Program-made: the position numbers and the translations under genes
The notes under the pieces: generated by a model
The model's input: the letters and a program-made list of their open reading frames with translations, nothing else
Databases searched by the model: none
What the model was told of the DNA's origin: nothing
Part shown: piece after piece, positions 9,211 through 17,900 of the stretch
How the letters are laid out: every line of letters begins with the position of its first letter
Position numbering within the stretch: the stretch's first letter is position 1
Sequence record: DRR723986_5794
Reading direction: 5' to 3' (one strand)
DNA: 64,000 bases

Positions 9211-10982
9211 TTCTTTTGGATATAATCCTCAAAGATAGAATCAAAATTTGGAATAGAGCGACTTGGCCATTTATCAACCACAGTTGCTTTATTAAGCAGC
9301 AATAATCCTGGATTTGACCTTACCAATATTTTAACTTCAGTACCATCAAAAGCAAGGAAAGTAGCGTCAAAATCATGTTTAGCTTTAAAGGTTGCTATTT
9401 CCTCATCAGATGCAGGTGAAATCACATAGAACGGAATATTATTTTCTTTTGCTCCTGCCAATACATCCTTCAAATCTACCATGGCGGTTCCATTCACCGT
9501 TTCGATATCTCTAATAGTCATTAAGAAGACATACTCTTCGCTTAAGATACTTGGTGTCATATCGATTACCCATGGTGAGCTTGGATCACTCAAAGTAACG
9601 AACGGATCTCCCGCGGTATACATAGAATCAGGATAATACAATGTGTCATAATCCATAGCTGCAATAGTATCTGGACCATACATTGATGTTACCACCATTT
9701 TCTCTTCGTAGTAAAAATCATAATCCGCAGCAATAATCGAATCTAAATACGGGATTTTTCGTTCTTCTTCAGTCAACTTTTCATAATTAATACTCGCCAA
9801 GAAATCTGTTATTGAAGCATCTACACCAGGTGTGAGAATTGTTTCTTTACGGTCTGAGTATTTGTATTTTGAAGTGTCACCATAAGTTTCATAATCTCCA
9901 AGAGCAAATTCCTCCATTTTTCCAGTTTCTAAATTTTCATAAATCAATACAAATTCAGACACCTGCGCAACACCGTTACTCATTTGTTCAACTATGTTAT
10001 TTCCAATTGCATAAGGTCGATAGTCTTTTACAGGCAAGTACATTGACGTATACAATGAAAATATAAAGGATATAAGAGTCACAAAGCTCGCCATTTTCCA
10101 AGCCTTGCCCATTTTTCCAATATTAATTCTACCAATTACGAAACTTCCTAGTAAAATGAATAGTGCAAAGAAAATTGGAAGCCACCATCCGAACACCCAA
10201 GAGAAGAAGATCACTACAACCATTGATGCTGGTACCATTGTCCAGTTTTCTTTTACAGTATTGATCTCAATTTTCCATTGATTTACAAAAATAATGAGCA
10301 CGAAATAGAACAACACTATGTCTTTCCAGAATGACTCAAGTGGAGTTAATGAACGCCCAACAGACCCTCTCAAGGCATCTCCAAAACATCCACAATCAGT
10401 AACACAATCTCTGCTAAATTCTACTCCCATTTCCATGGCTAATTGTTGCTTAGCGTTACAGTCAGCTGTATACCAAGTCAACCAGGTAAAGAATATCATC
10501 ATTCCTACTAATGCCCAAGAAGCTAATTTGATTTTACCTCCAAGAATTAATGCCGCACCTAATACGATTTCAACCACACAAATAATGATGGATAATTCCA
10601 ATACATATGGTTGAAAAAATTCAAAAAATCCGAAATCTGCGGAAAGTCCTGCCGGTGAAAAATACTCCTCTAACTTAAAGGCAAAACCCCAAGGATCATT
10701 CGCCTTAACGAGTCCTGACACAATAAACAATCCTCCGACAAATGCTCGAGCTACATAAGAAAATAAAAACAGTCCCTTTAGCATTACCATTCCAAAAATA
10801 GTTGCAACAATTAGCAAAGTACCTGTGATTTTTAAAACCAATGAACTGTCTCCCGTAGATTCATGAAAACCTTTCACTACAAGAACAACTCCTACTATAT
10901 TGAGGATGATTCCGAATACGTTCAATAAAAGTGATCTTCCTTTAATATCTATCTTTTGATTTCTAAGACGCATGTCATTCAT
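9207..10982 (-). CDS. DoxX/MauE-like membrane protein (BT_3928-like) with C-terminal thioredoxin-like region
   Basis: RAFVGGLFIVSGLVKANDPWGFAFKLEEYF, DCGCFGDA, DYRPYAIG and VRSNPGLLLL motifs; located between the DUF1599 gene and tpiA. Confidence 0.85.
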   Translation of the reverse strand: MNDMRLRNQKIDIKGRSLLLNVFGIILNIVGVVLVVKGFHESTGDSSLVLKITGTLLIVATIFGMVMLKGLFLFSYVARAFVGGLFIVSGLVKANDPWGFAFKLEEYFSPAGLSADFGFFEFFQPYVLELSIIICVVEIVLGAALILGGKIKLASWALVGMMIFFTWLTWYTADCNAKQQLAMEMGVEFSRDCVTDCGCFGDALRGSVGRSLTPLESFWKDIVLFYFVLIIFVNQWKIEINTVKENWTMVPASMVVVIFFSWVFGWWLPIFFALFILLGSFVIGRINIGKMGKAWKMASFVTLISFIFSLYTSMYLPVKDYRPYAIGNNIVEQMSNGVAQVSEFVLIYENLETGKMEEFALGDYETYGDTSKYKYSDRKETILTPGVDASITDFLASINYEKLTEEERKIPYLDSIIAADYDFYYEEKMVVTSMYGPDTIAAMDYDTLYYPDSMYTAGDPFVTLSDPSSPWVIDMTPSILSEEYVFLMTIRDIETVNGTAMVDLKDVLAGAKENNIPFYVISPASDEEIATFKAKHDFDATFLAFDGTEVKILVRSNPGLLLLNKATVVDKWPSRSIPNFDSIFEDYIQKK

Positions 10983-11080
10983 ATCGTGGAATTTTAGGTT
11001 TGCAATTCGATTTAAAATCTACATTGCCTTTGGGTAATTTTAAATAAAAATAAAGTTTATTCTTTTAAGCTTATGTTCCT

Positions 11081-11097
11081 TTAACAGAATTCTAACA
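11081..11097 (-). promoter_or_regulatory. Putative direct-repeat regulator site TGTTAG-N5-TGTTAA
   Basis: The + strand reads TTAACA GAATT CTAACA; it lies 28 bp upstream of a TATTTTTA -7-like element (11045-11052, minus strand). Confidence 0.35.
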
Positions 11098-11099
11098 AT

Positions 11100-11639
11100 C
11101 TATTTTTCGCTCATTAGAATCAATGCGAAAACTGCATAGTTCAACATATCCAAATAATTAGCATCAATCCCCTCCGAAATTAAGGTATTGCCATCATTAT
11201 CTTCAATTTGTTTTGTCCTCAGAATCTTCATCATGATAAGATCGGTCAAGGAACTTACTCTCATATCTCTCCATGCTTCACCATAATCATGGTTTTTTTT
11301 CTGCATGAGTTCAAAAGCCTCTTTAGTTTTTTGATCGTATTTGGCTACAGCATCAGCAATTGGAATTTCTTCCATTGTTGAAGCACCAAGATCTAATTGA
11401 ATAAGACCCATTACACAGTAATTCACAATCGCAATAAACTCTCCTTCAACATCTTCACCAACTTTGTTCACCCCAGTTTCTTGAATGGTTCTGATTCGTT
11501 GAGCTTTAATAAAGATTTGATCTGTTAAAGAGGAAATTCTTAAAATGCGCCAAGCCGTTCCATAATCTTGTCCTTTTTTCTCGAATATTGAACGACAATT
11601 TGTGATTACTTTTTTATATTGCTCAGCTGTTTGACTCAT
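11100..11639 (-). CDS. DUF1599 (nucleotide modification-associated domain 1) protein, two tandem domains
   Basis: Internal duplication KGQDYGTAWRILRISSLTDQI / KNHDYGEAWRDMRVSSLTDLI; located between folP and the DoxX-like gene. Confidence 0.85.
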   Translation of the reverse strand: MSQTAEQYKKVITNCRSIFEKKGQDYGTAWRILRISSLTDQIFIKAQRIRTIQETGVNKVGEDVEGEFIAIVNYCVMGLIQLDLGASTMEEIPIADAVAKYDQKTKEAFELMQKKNHDYGEAWRDMRVSSLTDLIMMKILRTKQIEDNDGNTLISEGIDANYLDMLNYAVFALILMSEK

Positions 11640-11661
11640 TTCAAGTATTAATTTTATTGCG

Positions 11662-12504
11662 GTGAAAGATACATTAATTTACTCAAAATTTAGTCTGAAT
11701 TTCAAAGGGAATTTACGAGAGTTTTCACATCCAATTGTCATGGGTATTTTGAACGTAACCCCTGACAGTTTTTTTGAAGGTAGTCGTCATCAACAAATTG
11801 ATTCGTTGCACAATAAAGCAGGGCAAATGATTGAGGATGGGGCTACGATATTGGATATTGGAGGCTATTCCTCACGTCCAGGAGCCGCTGAAGTTTCAAC
11901 TCAAGAGGAAATTGACAGGGTCATTCCAGCAATTAAAACCATTCATAAAGCTTTTCCTGAATGTATTTTATCGATAGACACTTTTCGATCTGAAGTGGCT
12001 GAGTTGGCTGTAAAAGCAGGAGCATCTGTTATCAACGATATTTCTGGCGGAAAGCAAGATCCGAAAATATTCACGGTTGCTTCCACCTACAAAACACCTT
12101 ATATCTTGATGCACATGCGTGGAACTCCACAGACCATGCAAGAGAATACCGAATATGAAAATCTGACTATTGAAATCAACCAATTCTTCAGTCAACAAAT
12201 GAATGCTGCAAAAAAGGCAGGAGTAATTGATATCATTCTTGATCCTGGGTTTGGATTCAGCAAAAATTTAGAACAGAATTACGAATTACTTGATCATTTA
12301 GAAAACTTGCATTTGCTAAAGAGACCGTTACTTGTAGGTCTTTCAAGAAAATCAATGATCTATAAAAAATTAAACATCAGCCCAGAAGAAAGTTTAAATG
12401 GCACGATAGCCTTGAACACCATTGCTTTGACCAAAGGCGCTTCTATTCTGAGAGTACATGATGTAAAGGAGGCCATAGAACTCGTTCAGCTCATGCATCT
12501 TTAG
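11662..12504 (+). CDS. folP: Dihydropteroate synthase
   Basis: MGILNVTPDSF, DIGGYSSRPGA, DPGFGFSK, SRKS and LRVHDV motifs. Confidence 0.97.
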   Translation: MKDTLIYSKFSLNFKGNLREFSHPIVMGILNVTPDSFFEGSRHQQIDSLHNKAGQMIEDGATILDIGGYSSRPGAAEVSTQEEIDRVIPAIKTIHKAFPECILSIDTFRSEVAELAVKAGASVINDISGGKQDPKIFTVASTYKTPYILMHMRGTPQTMQENTEYENLTIEINQFFSQQMNAAKKAGVIDIILDPGFGFSKNLEQNYELLDHLENLHLLKRPLLVGLSRKSMIYKKLNISPEESLNGTIALNTIALTKGASILRVHDVKEAIELVQLMHL

Positions 12505-12868
12505 GAATAACCGTTACTTTAAATAAGAGCGTAATTTGCTTTTTAGCATTTGAAACAACATTGACCTTTCTTTTTTGAAAGCCATACTTACCATTTGTAT
12601 CAAAGGTTAGTTTTAATTGGGCCTCTTGCCCCGGTAAAACAGGTTGTTTAGGAAATGTTAGTTTGGTGCAAGAACATGCCACTTTGTAGTCAGATATGAT
12701 GAGCGGCTCATCTCCTGAATTTTTAAATCTAAAAGTATGACTTAAGAGCACACCTTCTTTGGTATCCACAAATTTATGATTGGTGGGGTCTATAAATGAG
12801 AATTCCGCACCATCCGTTAGGATGAATGCGGAATTCATTGCTATTATGATCGCAAAAAATAGCCTCAT
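12491..12868 (-). CDS. DUF1573 domain protein (divergent third copy)
   Basis: FRFKNSGDEPLII...ACSCT...PVLPGQ pattern; signal-like N-terminus. Confidence 0.85.
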   Translation of the reverse strand: MRLFFAIIIAMNSAFILTDGAEFSFIDPTNHKFVDTKEGVLLSHTFRFKNSGDEPLIISDYKVACSCTKLTFPKQPVLPGQEAQLKLTFDTNGKYGFQKRKVNVVSNAKKQITLLFKVTVIPKDA

Positions 12869-13302
12869 TAATTATTTTCAGGAGTAGTCGTAGTTTCGCC
12901 AGTTGGCTTCGCTTTGATTTGACCTTTAATTCTAATCACTTTGTTTGCTTCATTACTTGCATTTGAAGTAATTGTAACAGACTTGTTAATTGGCCCTACT
13001 CTATTGGTATCATATTTTACTTTGATATTTGCTGACGCACCAGGAGCGATAGGCTCTTGTGGGCAAGAAGGCACTGTACATCCGCAAGAACCTTTACATC
13101 TTGAAAGAATCAATGGCTCTGTTCCTGTATTCGTTACAACAAATACACATTCTCCATTTGCTCCTTGCTCGATTGTTCCGTAATCGTGAACTTCTTTATC
13201 TAACTTAATCGTTGCTCCGCTTGCTCCAACTTCTTGTGCATTAGCGTTAAATCCGATTAGTGCTACTACTAGTAAACTTAGGGTAAAAATTGCTTTTCTC
13301 AT
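12868..13302 (-). CDS. DUF1573 domain protein, exported
   Basis: Signal peptide ANA-Q; HDYGTI..TNTGTEPLI..SCGCTVP..PIAPG. Confidence 0.9.
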   Translation of the reverse strand: MRKAIFTLSLLVVALIGFNANAQEVGASGATIKLDKEVHDYGTIEQGANGECVFVVTNTGTEPLILSRCKGSCGCTVPSCPQEPIAPGASANIKVKYDTNRVGPINKSVTITSNASNEANKVIRIKGQIKAKPTGETTTTPENN

Positions 13303-13582
13303 TTTATTTGGTTTTGATCTTTATTCTAGTTAATTATTTTATTTAGTTGTTAGTTGGTCCTCCGCTATTGATTGGCGCAGATCCTGTAGGCTTAGCTTTC
13401 ACGTTACCTTTAATTCTTACAACTTTTCTTGGTTCATTTCCGGCATTTGAAGTTATCGTTACCGATTTATTGATTGGCCCAACTCTTTTTGTATCGTATT
13501 TCACTGTGATTTCAGCAGAAGCACCTGGAGCGATAGGCTCTTGAGGGCAAGAAGGCACTGTACATCCACAAGATCCTTTACA
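13037..13582. repeat. Near-identical 62-bp segments in two DUF1573 paralogs (13037-13098 and 13521-13582)
   Basis: Manual comparison gives 58/62 identical bases; both encode CKGSCGCTVPSCPQEPIAPGA. Confidence 0.85.
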
Positions 13583-13810
13583 TAATGAAATGATCAATGG
13601 TTCAGTTCCAGTATTTGTTACTTTAAATACACATGAACCGTTATCACCTTGAGTAATTGTTCCGTAATCATGTACTTCTTTATCTACTGATAAAACTGCC
13701 TTGCTAGCTGGTTCAGGTTGTTCTACAGTAATGTTTCCTTGAGCAGTTGCAGTTGAAGCAGCTCCAAGGGTCAATAAAACGGTTGCAAGTATTAATGCTA
13801 TCTTTTTCAT
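13343..13810 (-). CDS. DUF1573 domain protein, exported
   Basis: Likely start ATG 13810 (MKKIALIL..ATA-Q); same SCGCTVP motif as its neighbour. Confidence 0.9.
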   Translation of the reverse strand: MKKIALILATVLLTLGAASTATAQGNITVEQPEPASKAVLSVDKEVHDYGTITQGDNGSCVFKVTNTGTEPLIISLCKGSCGCTVPSCPQEPIAPGASAEITVKYDTKRVGPINKSVTITSNAGNEPRKVVRIKGNVKAKPTGSAPINSGGPTNN

Positions 13811-13863
13811 TGTAATTTTTTTTCTTGTTAATCTTTTCAAATTGTTCAACACAATAACGATAC

Positions 13864-13871
13864 CAAATATA
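13864..13871 (-). promoter_or_regulatory. Bacteroidota -7 promoter element TATATTTG for the DUF1573 cluster
   Basis: Exact TAnnTTTG match about 53 bp upstream of ATG 13810. Confidence 0.55.
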
Positions 13872-13898
13872 TAAAAGGTTGTCTTTAAAAGACCAACT

Positions 13899-13915
13899 TT
13901 AACAATTCATTAACA
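13899..13915 (-). promoter_or_regulatory. Putative direct-repeat regulator site TGTTAA-N5-TGTTAA
   Basis: The + strand reads TTAACA ATTCA TTAACA, 27 bp upstream of the -7 element. Confidence 0.4.
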
Positions 13916-14132
13916 GAGGAAAAGTAGTTGATGCTATCAATTCTCAAAGTAATTTTCGTTAAATTAAAGCTGTAAAACGTATTCTCCGCAAATAATTGAC
14001 TCAATTGTTAATATGTTTTTTCACCATTCATAGAAATATTATATCCATTTATCTTATCTTTAGATGAAGCGGACGATTTTAAGAGAGAATGAAAAAAAGG
14101 CAGAGAGATATTCGTTAATTTAGCTAGTAATA

Positions 14133-14140
14133 TAAATTTG
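14133..14140 (+). promoter_or_regulatory. -7 promoter element TAAATTTG upstream of recQ
   Basis: Exact TAnnTTTG match 20 bp before the ATG. Confidence 0.5.
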
Positions 14141-14160
14141 ATCAACAGCTTAAGTCATAG

Positions 14161-16350
14161 ATGATATCAACCAGTGAAACGGCACTAAAAGAATCTTTAA
14201 AGAAGTATTTTGGCTTCAATGGTTTTAAGGGAGAACAAGAGGAAATCATCCAAAATGTTTTAGATGGGAATAACACATTTGTGATTATGCCTACGGGTGG
14301 TGGTAAATCTATGTGCTATCAATTGCCCGCATTAATTTCAGGCGGAACAGCCATAATCGTATCTCCATTGATTGCTTTAATGAAAAACCAGGTGGATGCT
14401 ATCCGTCATGTAAGTGAATCAGATGATATTGCCCATTTTTTAAATTCTAGTTTGACAAAAACAGAAATTAAAAAAGTTAAAGAGGATATCACGGCTGGTA
14501 AAACCAAGTTACTTTACGTAGCTCCAGAATCCTTAACAAAACAAGAAAATATTGATTTCTTGACAGGTGTGGAGATTTCATTTTTTGCAATTGACGAGGC
14601 ACACTGTATTTCAGAATGGGGTCATGATTTCAGACCAGAATACAGAAGATTACGGGAGATATTTGAAAAGATTTCAAACGTTCCTATTATAGCCTTAACG
14701 GCTACGGCTACTCCAAAAGTTCAGCATGATATTCAGAAAAATTTGAATATGTTGGATGCCACGGTATTTAAAATGTCATTTAATAGAGATAATCTCTACT
14801 ATGAAGTGCGGCCGAAGAGGGAAGTTGAAAAAGGCATCATCAAGTTTATTAAAGAGCGCCCTAATAAATCTGGGATCATTTATTGTTTGAGTAGAAAAAA
14901 GGTAGAGGAAATTGCAGAAGTGCTTCAAGTTAACGGTATTAACGCATTGCCATATCATGCTGGACTAGATTCTAACCTAAGAGCTAAACATCAGGACATG
15001 TTCTTAATGGAAGAAACGGACGTAATTGTCGCTACAATTGCTTTTGGAATGGGTATCGATAAACCTGATGTTAGATTTGTTATTCATCATGACATTCCAA
15101 AAAGTTTAGAAAGCTATTATCAAGAAACGGGAAGAGCAGGTAGAGATGGTGGTGAAGGTCATTGTCTCACGTTCTACAGCTATAAGGACATTGAAAAATT
15201 AGAGAAATTCTTACATGGCAAACCCATTTCTGAACAAGAAATTGGAAAACAGCTTTTACATGAAACGGTTTCTTACGCTGAAACATCTGTATGTCGCAGA
15301 AAGTATATCCTTCATTATTTTGGCGAACAGTTTAATGAAAGCAGATGCAGTGACATGTGTGACAACTGCAAAGATCCTCGCGAAAAATTTGAAGGCAAGA
15401 AAGATGTGGAATTATTTTTACAGGCTGTTCAGTTTTTAAAAGAAACTCAAAAAGCGAATTACGTTTGTAATTTATTGATAGGCAAAGAAACTTCAGAAAT
15501 AAAAGCTTATAAGCATATTGGAACGGAATTTTTTGGCAAAGGTGCTGAGCAAAATTTTGCTCATTGGAATGCAGTCGCTAGACAATGTTTAGTCAGTGGA
15601 CTTTTGACAAAAGAAATTGAGAGTTACGGTACATTAAAAATTACTGAAGCCGGCCATGAATACATGCGGAAGCCAACTTCATTCATGCTATTGAAAGAGC
15701 ATGATTATTCTGCTGCGATTGATGAATCTATTGTGGTAGCACAGAAAGGCGGTTCTGCAGCTGATGAAGGATTGTATCAACTGTTAATTGAATTGAGAAA
15801 AAAGATCTCAAAAGAAAAAGACATTCCTCCGTTTGTGATTTTTCAAGAACCTTCGTTGCAGGACATGGCAGTTCAATACCCTATCAACATGGAGGAATTG
15901 ACCAATATTCAAGGAGTAGGACAAGGGAAAGCCACAAGATACGGGGCACCTTTCATAGAATTGATTAAATCATATGTTGAAGAGAACGATATTGATAGAC
16001 CGCAAGATTTTGTTGTAAAGTCAATCGTTAATAAATCAGGAATGAAAGTTCACATCATTCAAAATGTGGATAGAAAAATGCCATTAGACGCCATTGCTAG
16101 TTCACAAGGAAAGGAAATTGGTGATGTCATTTCGGAGATCGAGGCAATAGTGAGTTCTGGAACAAAAATCAACATTGATTATTACATCAATGATGTATTA
16201 GATGAAGACGATCAGGATGATATCTATGAATATTTTTTAGAGGCTGAATCAGACAGTTTAGAAGATGCTCATGAAGAATTTGATGGTGATTATGATGAAG
16301 ATCAACTCAGATTAATGCGTATTAAATTTATGAGTGAAATGGCCAATTAA
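14161..16350 (+). CDS. recQ: ATP-dependent DNA helicase RecQ
   Basis: MPTGGGKS, DEAHCISEWGHDFRP, QETGRAGRDG, Zn-binding CRR..C..CDNC, RQC and HRDC regions. Confidence 0.97.
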   Translation: MISTSETALKESLKKYFGFNGFKGEQEEIIQNVLDGNNTFVIMPTGGGKSMCYQLPALISGGTAIIVSPLIALMKNQVDAIRHVSESDDIAHFLNSSLTKTEIKKVKEDITAGKTKLLYVAPESLTKQENIDFLTGVEISFFAIDEAHCISEWGHDFRPEYRRLREIFEKISNVPIIALTATATPKVQHDIQKNLNMLDATVFKMSFNRDNLYYEVRPKREVEKGIIKFIKERPNKSGIIYCLSRKKVEEIAEVLQVNGINALPYHAGLDSNLRAKHQDMFLMEETDVIVATIAFGMGIDKPDVRFVIHHDIPKSLESYYQETGRAGRDGGEGHCLTFYSYKDIEKLEKFLHGKPISEQEIGKQLLHETVSYAETSVCRRKYILHYFGEQFNESRCSDMCDNCKDPREKFEGKKDVELFLQAVQFLKETQKANYVCNLLIGKETSEIKAYKHIGTEFFGKGAEQNFAHWNAVARQCLVSGLLTKEIESYGTLKITEAGHEYMRKPTSFMLLKEHDYSAAIDESIVVAQKGGSAADEGLYQLLIELRKKISKEKDIPPFVIFQEPSLQDMAVQYPINMEELTNIQGVGQGKATRYGAPFIELIKSYVEENDIDRPQDFVVKSIVNKSGMKVHIIQNVDRKMPLDAIASSQGKEIGDVISEIEAIVSSGTKINIDYYINDVLDEDDQDDIYEYFLEAESDSLEDAHEEFDGDYDEDQLRLMRIKFMSEMAN

Positions 16351-16409
16351 GTTTAAATTGTCATTTATTTTTACTAAGTTTAGTCATCAAGTAAAAAACT
16401 ATAAATCAA

Positions 16410-16748
16410 ATGAAAAGATTATTAAATGTTAAAACCTTAATTGGCGCAGGTGTATTATCTGTAGCTATTATTGGTTTTTCAAGCTTCATAGCGGGAGAAA
16501 AAGAGAAAAAATCAGGTGGTACGGCTTGTGAAATTTACGGTAAAATCAAATTCGTTGATTACGGAGAAGATTATAAAGTAAAAAGAGTTGACTACGGAGA
16601 AGATGTAAAAATCAAATGGGTGGATTACGGGGAAGACAGCAAAGGAAAATGGAAAAGAGTTGACTATGGCGAAGATTTCAAATTGAAATGGGTTGACTAT
16701 GGTGAAGACTTTAAAGTAAAAGAAGTTGATTACGGCGAAGGCTGCTAA
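16410..16748 (+). CDS. Small exported tandem-repeat protein, probable 7(1) septoil-knot (DUF6150-like) family
   Basis: N-terminal hydrophobic signal, then six VDYGE(D) units spaced 11-13 aa with K-hydrophobic-K strands and a central GKW; Cys before the repeats and at the C-terminus. Confidence 0.7.
   Translation: MKRLLNVKTLIGAGVLSVAIIGFSSFIAGEKEKKSGGTACEIYGKIKFVDYGEDYKVKRVDYGEDVKIKWVDYGEDSKGKWKRVDYGEDFKLKWVDYGEDFKVKEVDYGEGC
16554..16739 (+). repeat. Coding tandem repeat, six GTKGAYTAYGGNGAA cores at ~33-bp spacing
   Basis: Synonymous variation at third codon positions shows the repeat is conserved at protein level. Confidence 0.9.
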
Positions 16749-16763
16749 TCTTCAAATAAATTG

Positions 16764-16800
16764 AAATCCCTCTTAACGTTGTTGAGAGGGATTTTTTTTT
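16764..16800 (+). terminator. Rho-independent terminator
   Basis: AAATCCCTCTTAAC-GTT-GTTGAGAGGGATTT hairpin followed by a T-run. Confidence 0.85.
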
Positions 16801-16859
16801 GGATTAATTGTTCCCACTTTACTTAGGGAATATTTAGCATCTTTGTACGAATTTCATAG

Positions 16860-17900
16860 ATGACAACTTACTTCAAACAATTAGATGCCTTACGGTTTAT
16901 TTCTGTGTTAGCAGTGATTTGCGTGCATTTGCCTTTGATGGAGCTTGGAGAGTTAAACTTTTTTAAGATTTTGACCTCATGCATATCAGGTGTTTCTCTA
17001 TTCTTTTGCATTAGCGGATTTTTAATTACCTATATCTTGCTTCTAAACGCCAAACATGATAAGAAGCAGGTTCTTAAGGCTTTCTACCTAAGACGCTTCA
17101 TCAGAATTTTTCCTATTTATTACCTAACTGTGATATTCTTGTATATTATTAACGTAGGTGATTACCGAGATTGGGCGATTAATGACTTTTTGTACATCAC
17201 AAATTTCGCAATTGCCAATGAAGGACATTTTGCTGTGAGTGTAGCTCCTCATTTTTGGAGTTTAGCTGTTGAAGAACAGTTCTATTTAATTTGGCCAAGT
17301 TTACTGCTTGCCTTTAGTCAAAAATGGTCTATGCTACTCACAGTATTTATCACATGCACTGGCCTCGCATGCTTTTTATTCGTGGAAAACTCATTCTATG
17401 TATCAAGAACTTTCGGCTGTCTATTATACCTGGGATCTGGTGCAATATTAGCAGCTATTCTCTTTTTTTATAAAGACTTTTTTTCGAAACATTATTGGAT
17501 TGCAGATGTGATTATAGTGAGTGGAATACTTCTTGTTGCTGCCGCTTCATTTGGGTACGACTGGATAAATTTTTATACTAAGGTAATTTTCTCGGGAATT
17601 GTAATCCCAGCGCTAATTTGGAAATTCACAATTGGTTATAAAAGCAAAATCATCAAGTTTTTATTTGAAAACAAGGTCATTTCATATTTTGGAAAAATCA
17701 GTTATGGACTATACATTTATCATTTGATAGTTATCTATCCTGCCGTTGCAATTAAAAAGATTTTCGGGCTTACCATTTTAGAGGATCCATTTATCATGCA
17801 GGTATTTAAAATTATACTTGCATTTGCCGTAGCATCACTATCATGGGAGTTTATAGAAAAACCTCTGAACAAATTAAAAGCAAAATTCCCTTATCATTAA
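16860..17900 (+). CDS. Acyltransferase-3 (OafA/YrhL-like) membrane O-acyltransferase, no SGNH domain
   Basis: LDALRF..H, FFCISGFLI, RRFIRIFP, HFWSLAVEEQFY and GKISYGLYIYH motifs. Confidence 0.92.
   Translation: MTTYFKQLDALRFISVLAVICVHLPLMELGELNFFKILTSCISGVSLFFCISGFLITYILLLNAKHDKKQVLKAFYLRRFIRIFPIYYLTVIFLYIINVGDYRDWAINDFLYITNFAIANEGHFAVSVAPHFWSLAVEEQFYLIWPSLLLAFSQKWSMLLTVFITCTGLACFLFVENSFYVSRTFGCLLYLGSGAILAAILFFYKDFFSKHYWIADVIIVSGILLVAAASFGYDWINFYTKVIFSGIVIPALIWKFTIGYKSKIIKFLFENKVISYFGKISYGLYIYHLIVIYPAVAIKKIFGLTILEDPFIMQVFKIILAFAVASLSWEFIEKPLNKLKAKFPYH

Noticed and set aside
11100-11639. DUF1599/Nmad1 as a sign of a phage-type DNA modification cluster
   Set aside because: It sits in the folP-DoxX-tpiA housekeeping neighbourhood with no modification or phage genes.
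13874-13900. Imperfect palindrome AAAGGTTGTCTTTAAAAGACCAACTTT in the DUF1573/recQ spacer
   Set aside because: It is weak and bulged, and lies between divergent genes where no terminator is expected; not enough support for an ncRNA or invertible element.
16554-16739. Regularly spaced ~33-bp repeats resembling a mini-CRISPR
   Set aside because: They are in frame, vary at synonymous positions, have short conserved spacers, and no cas genes are present, so this is a protein repeat.
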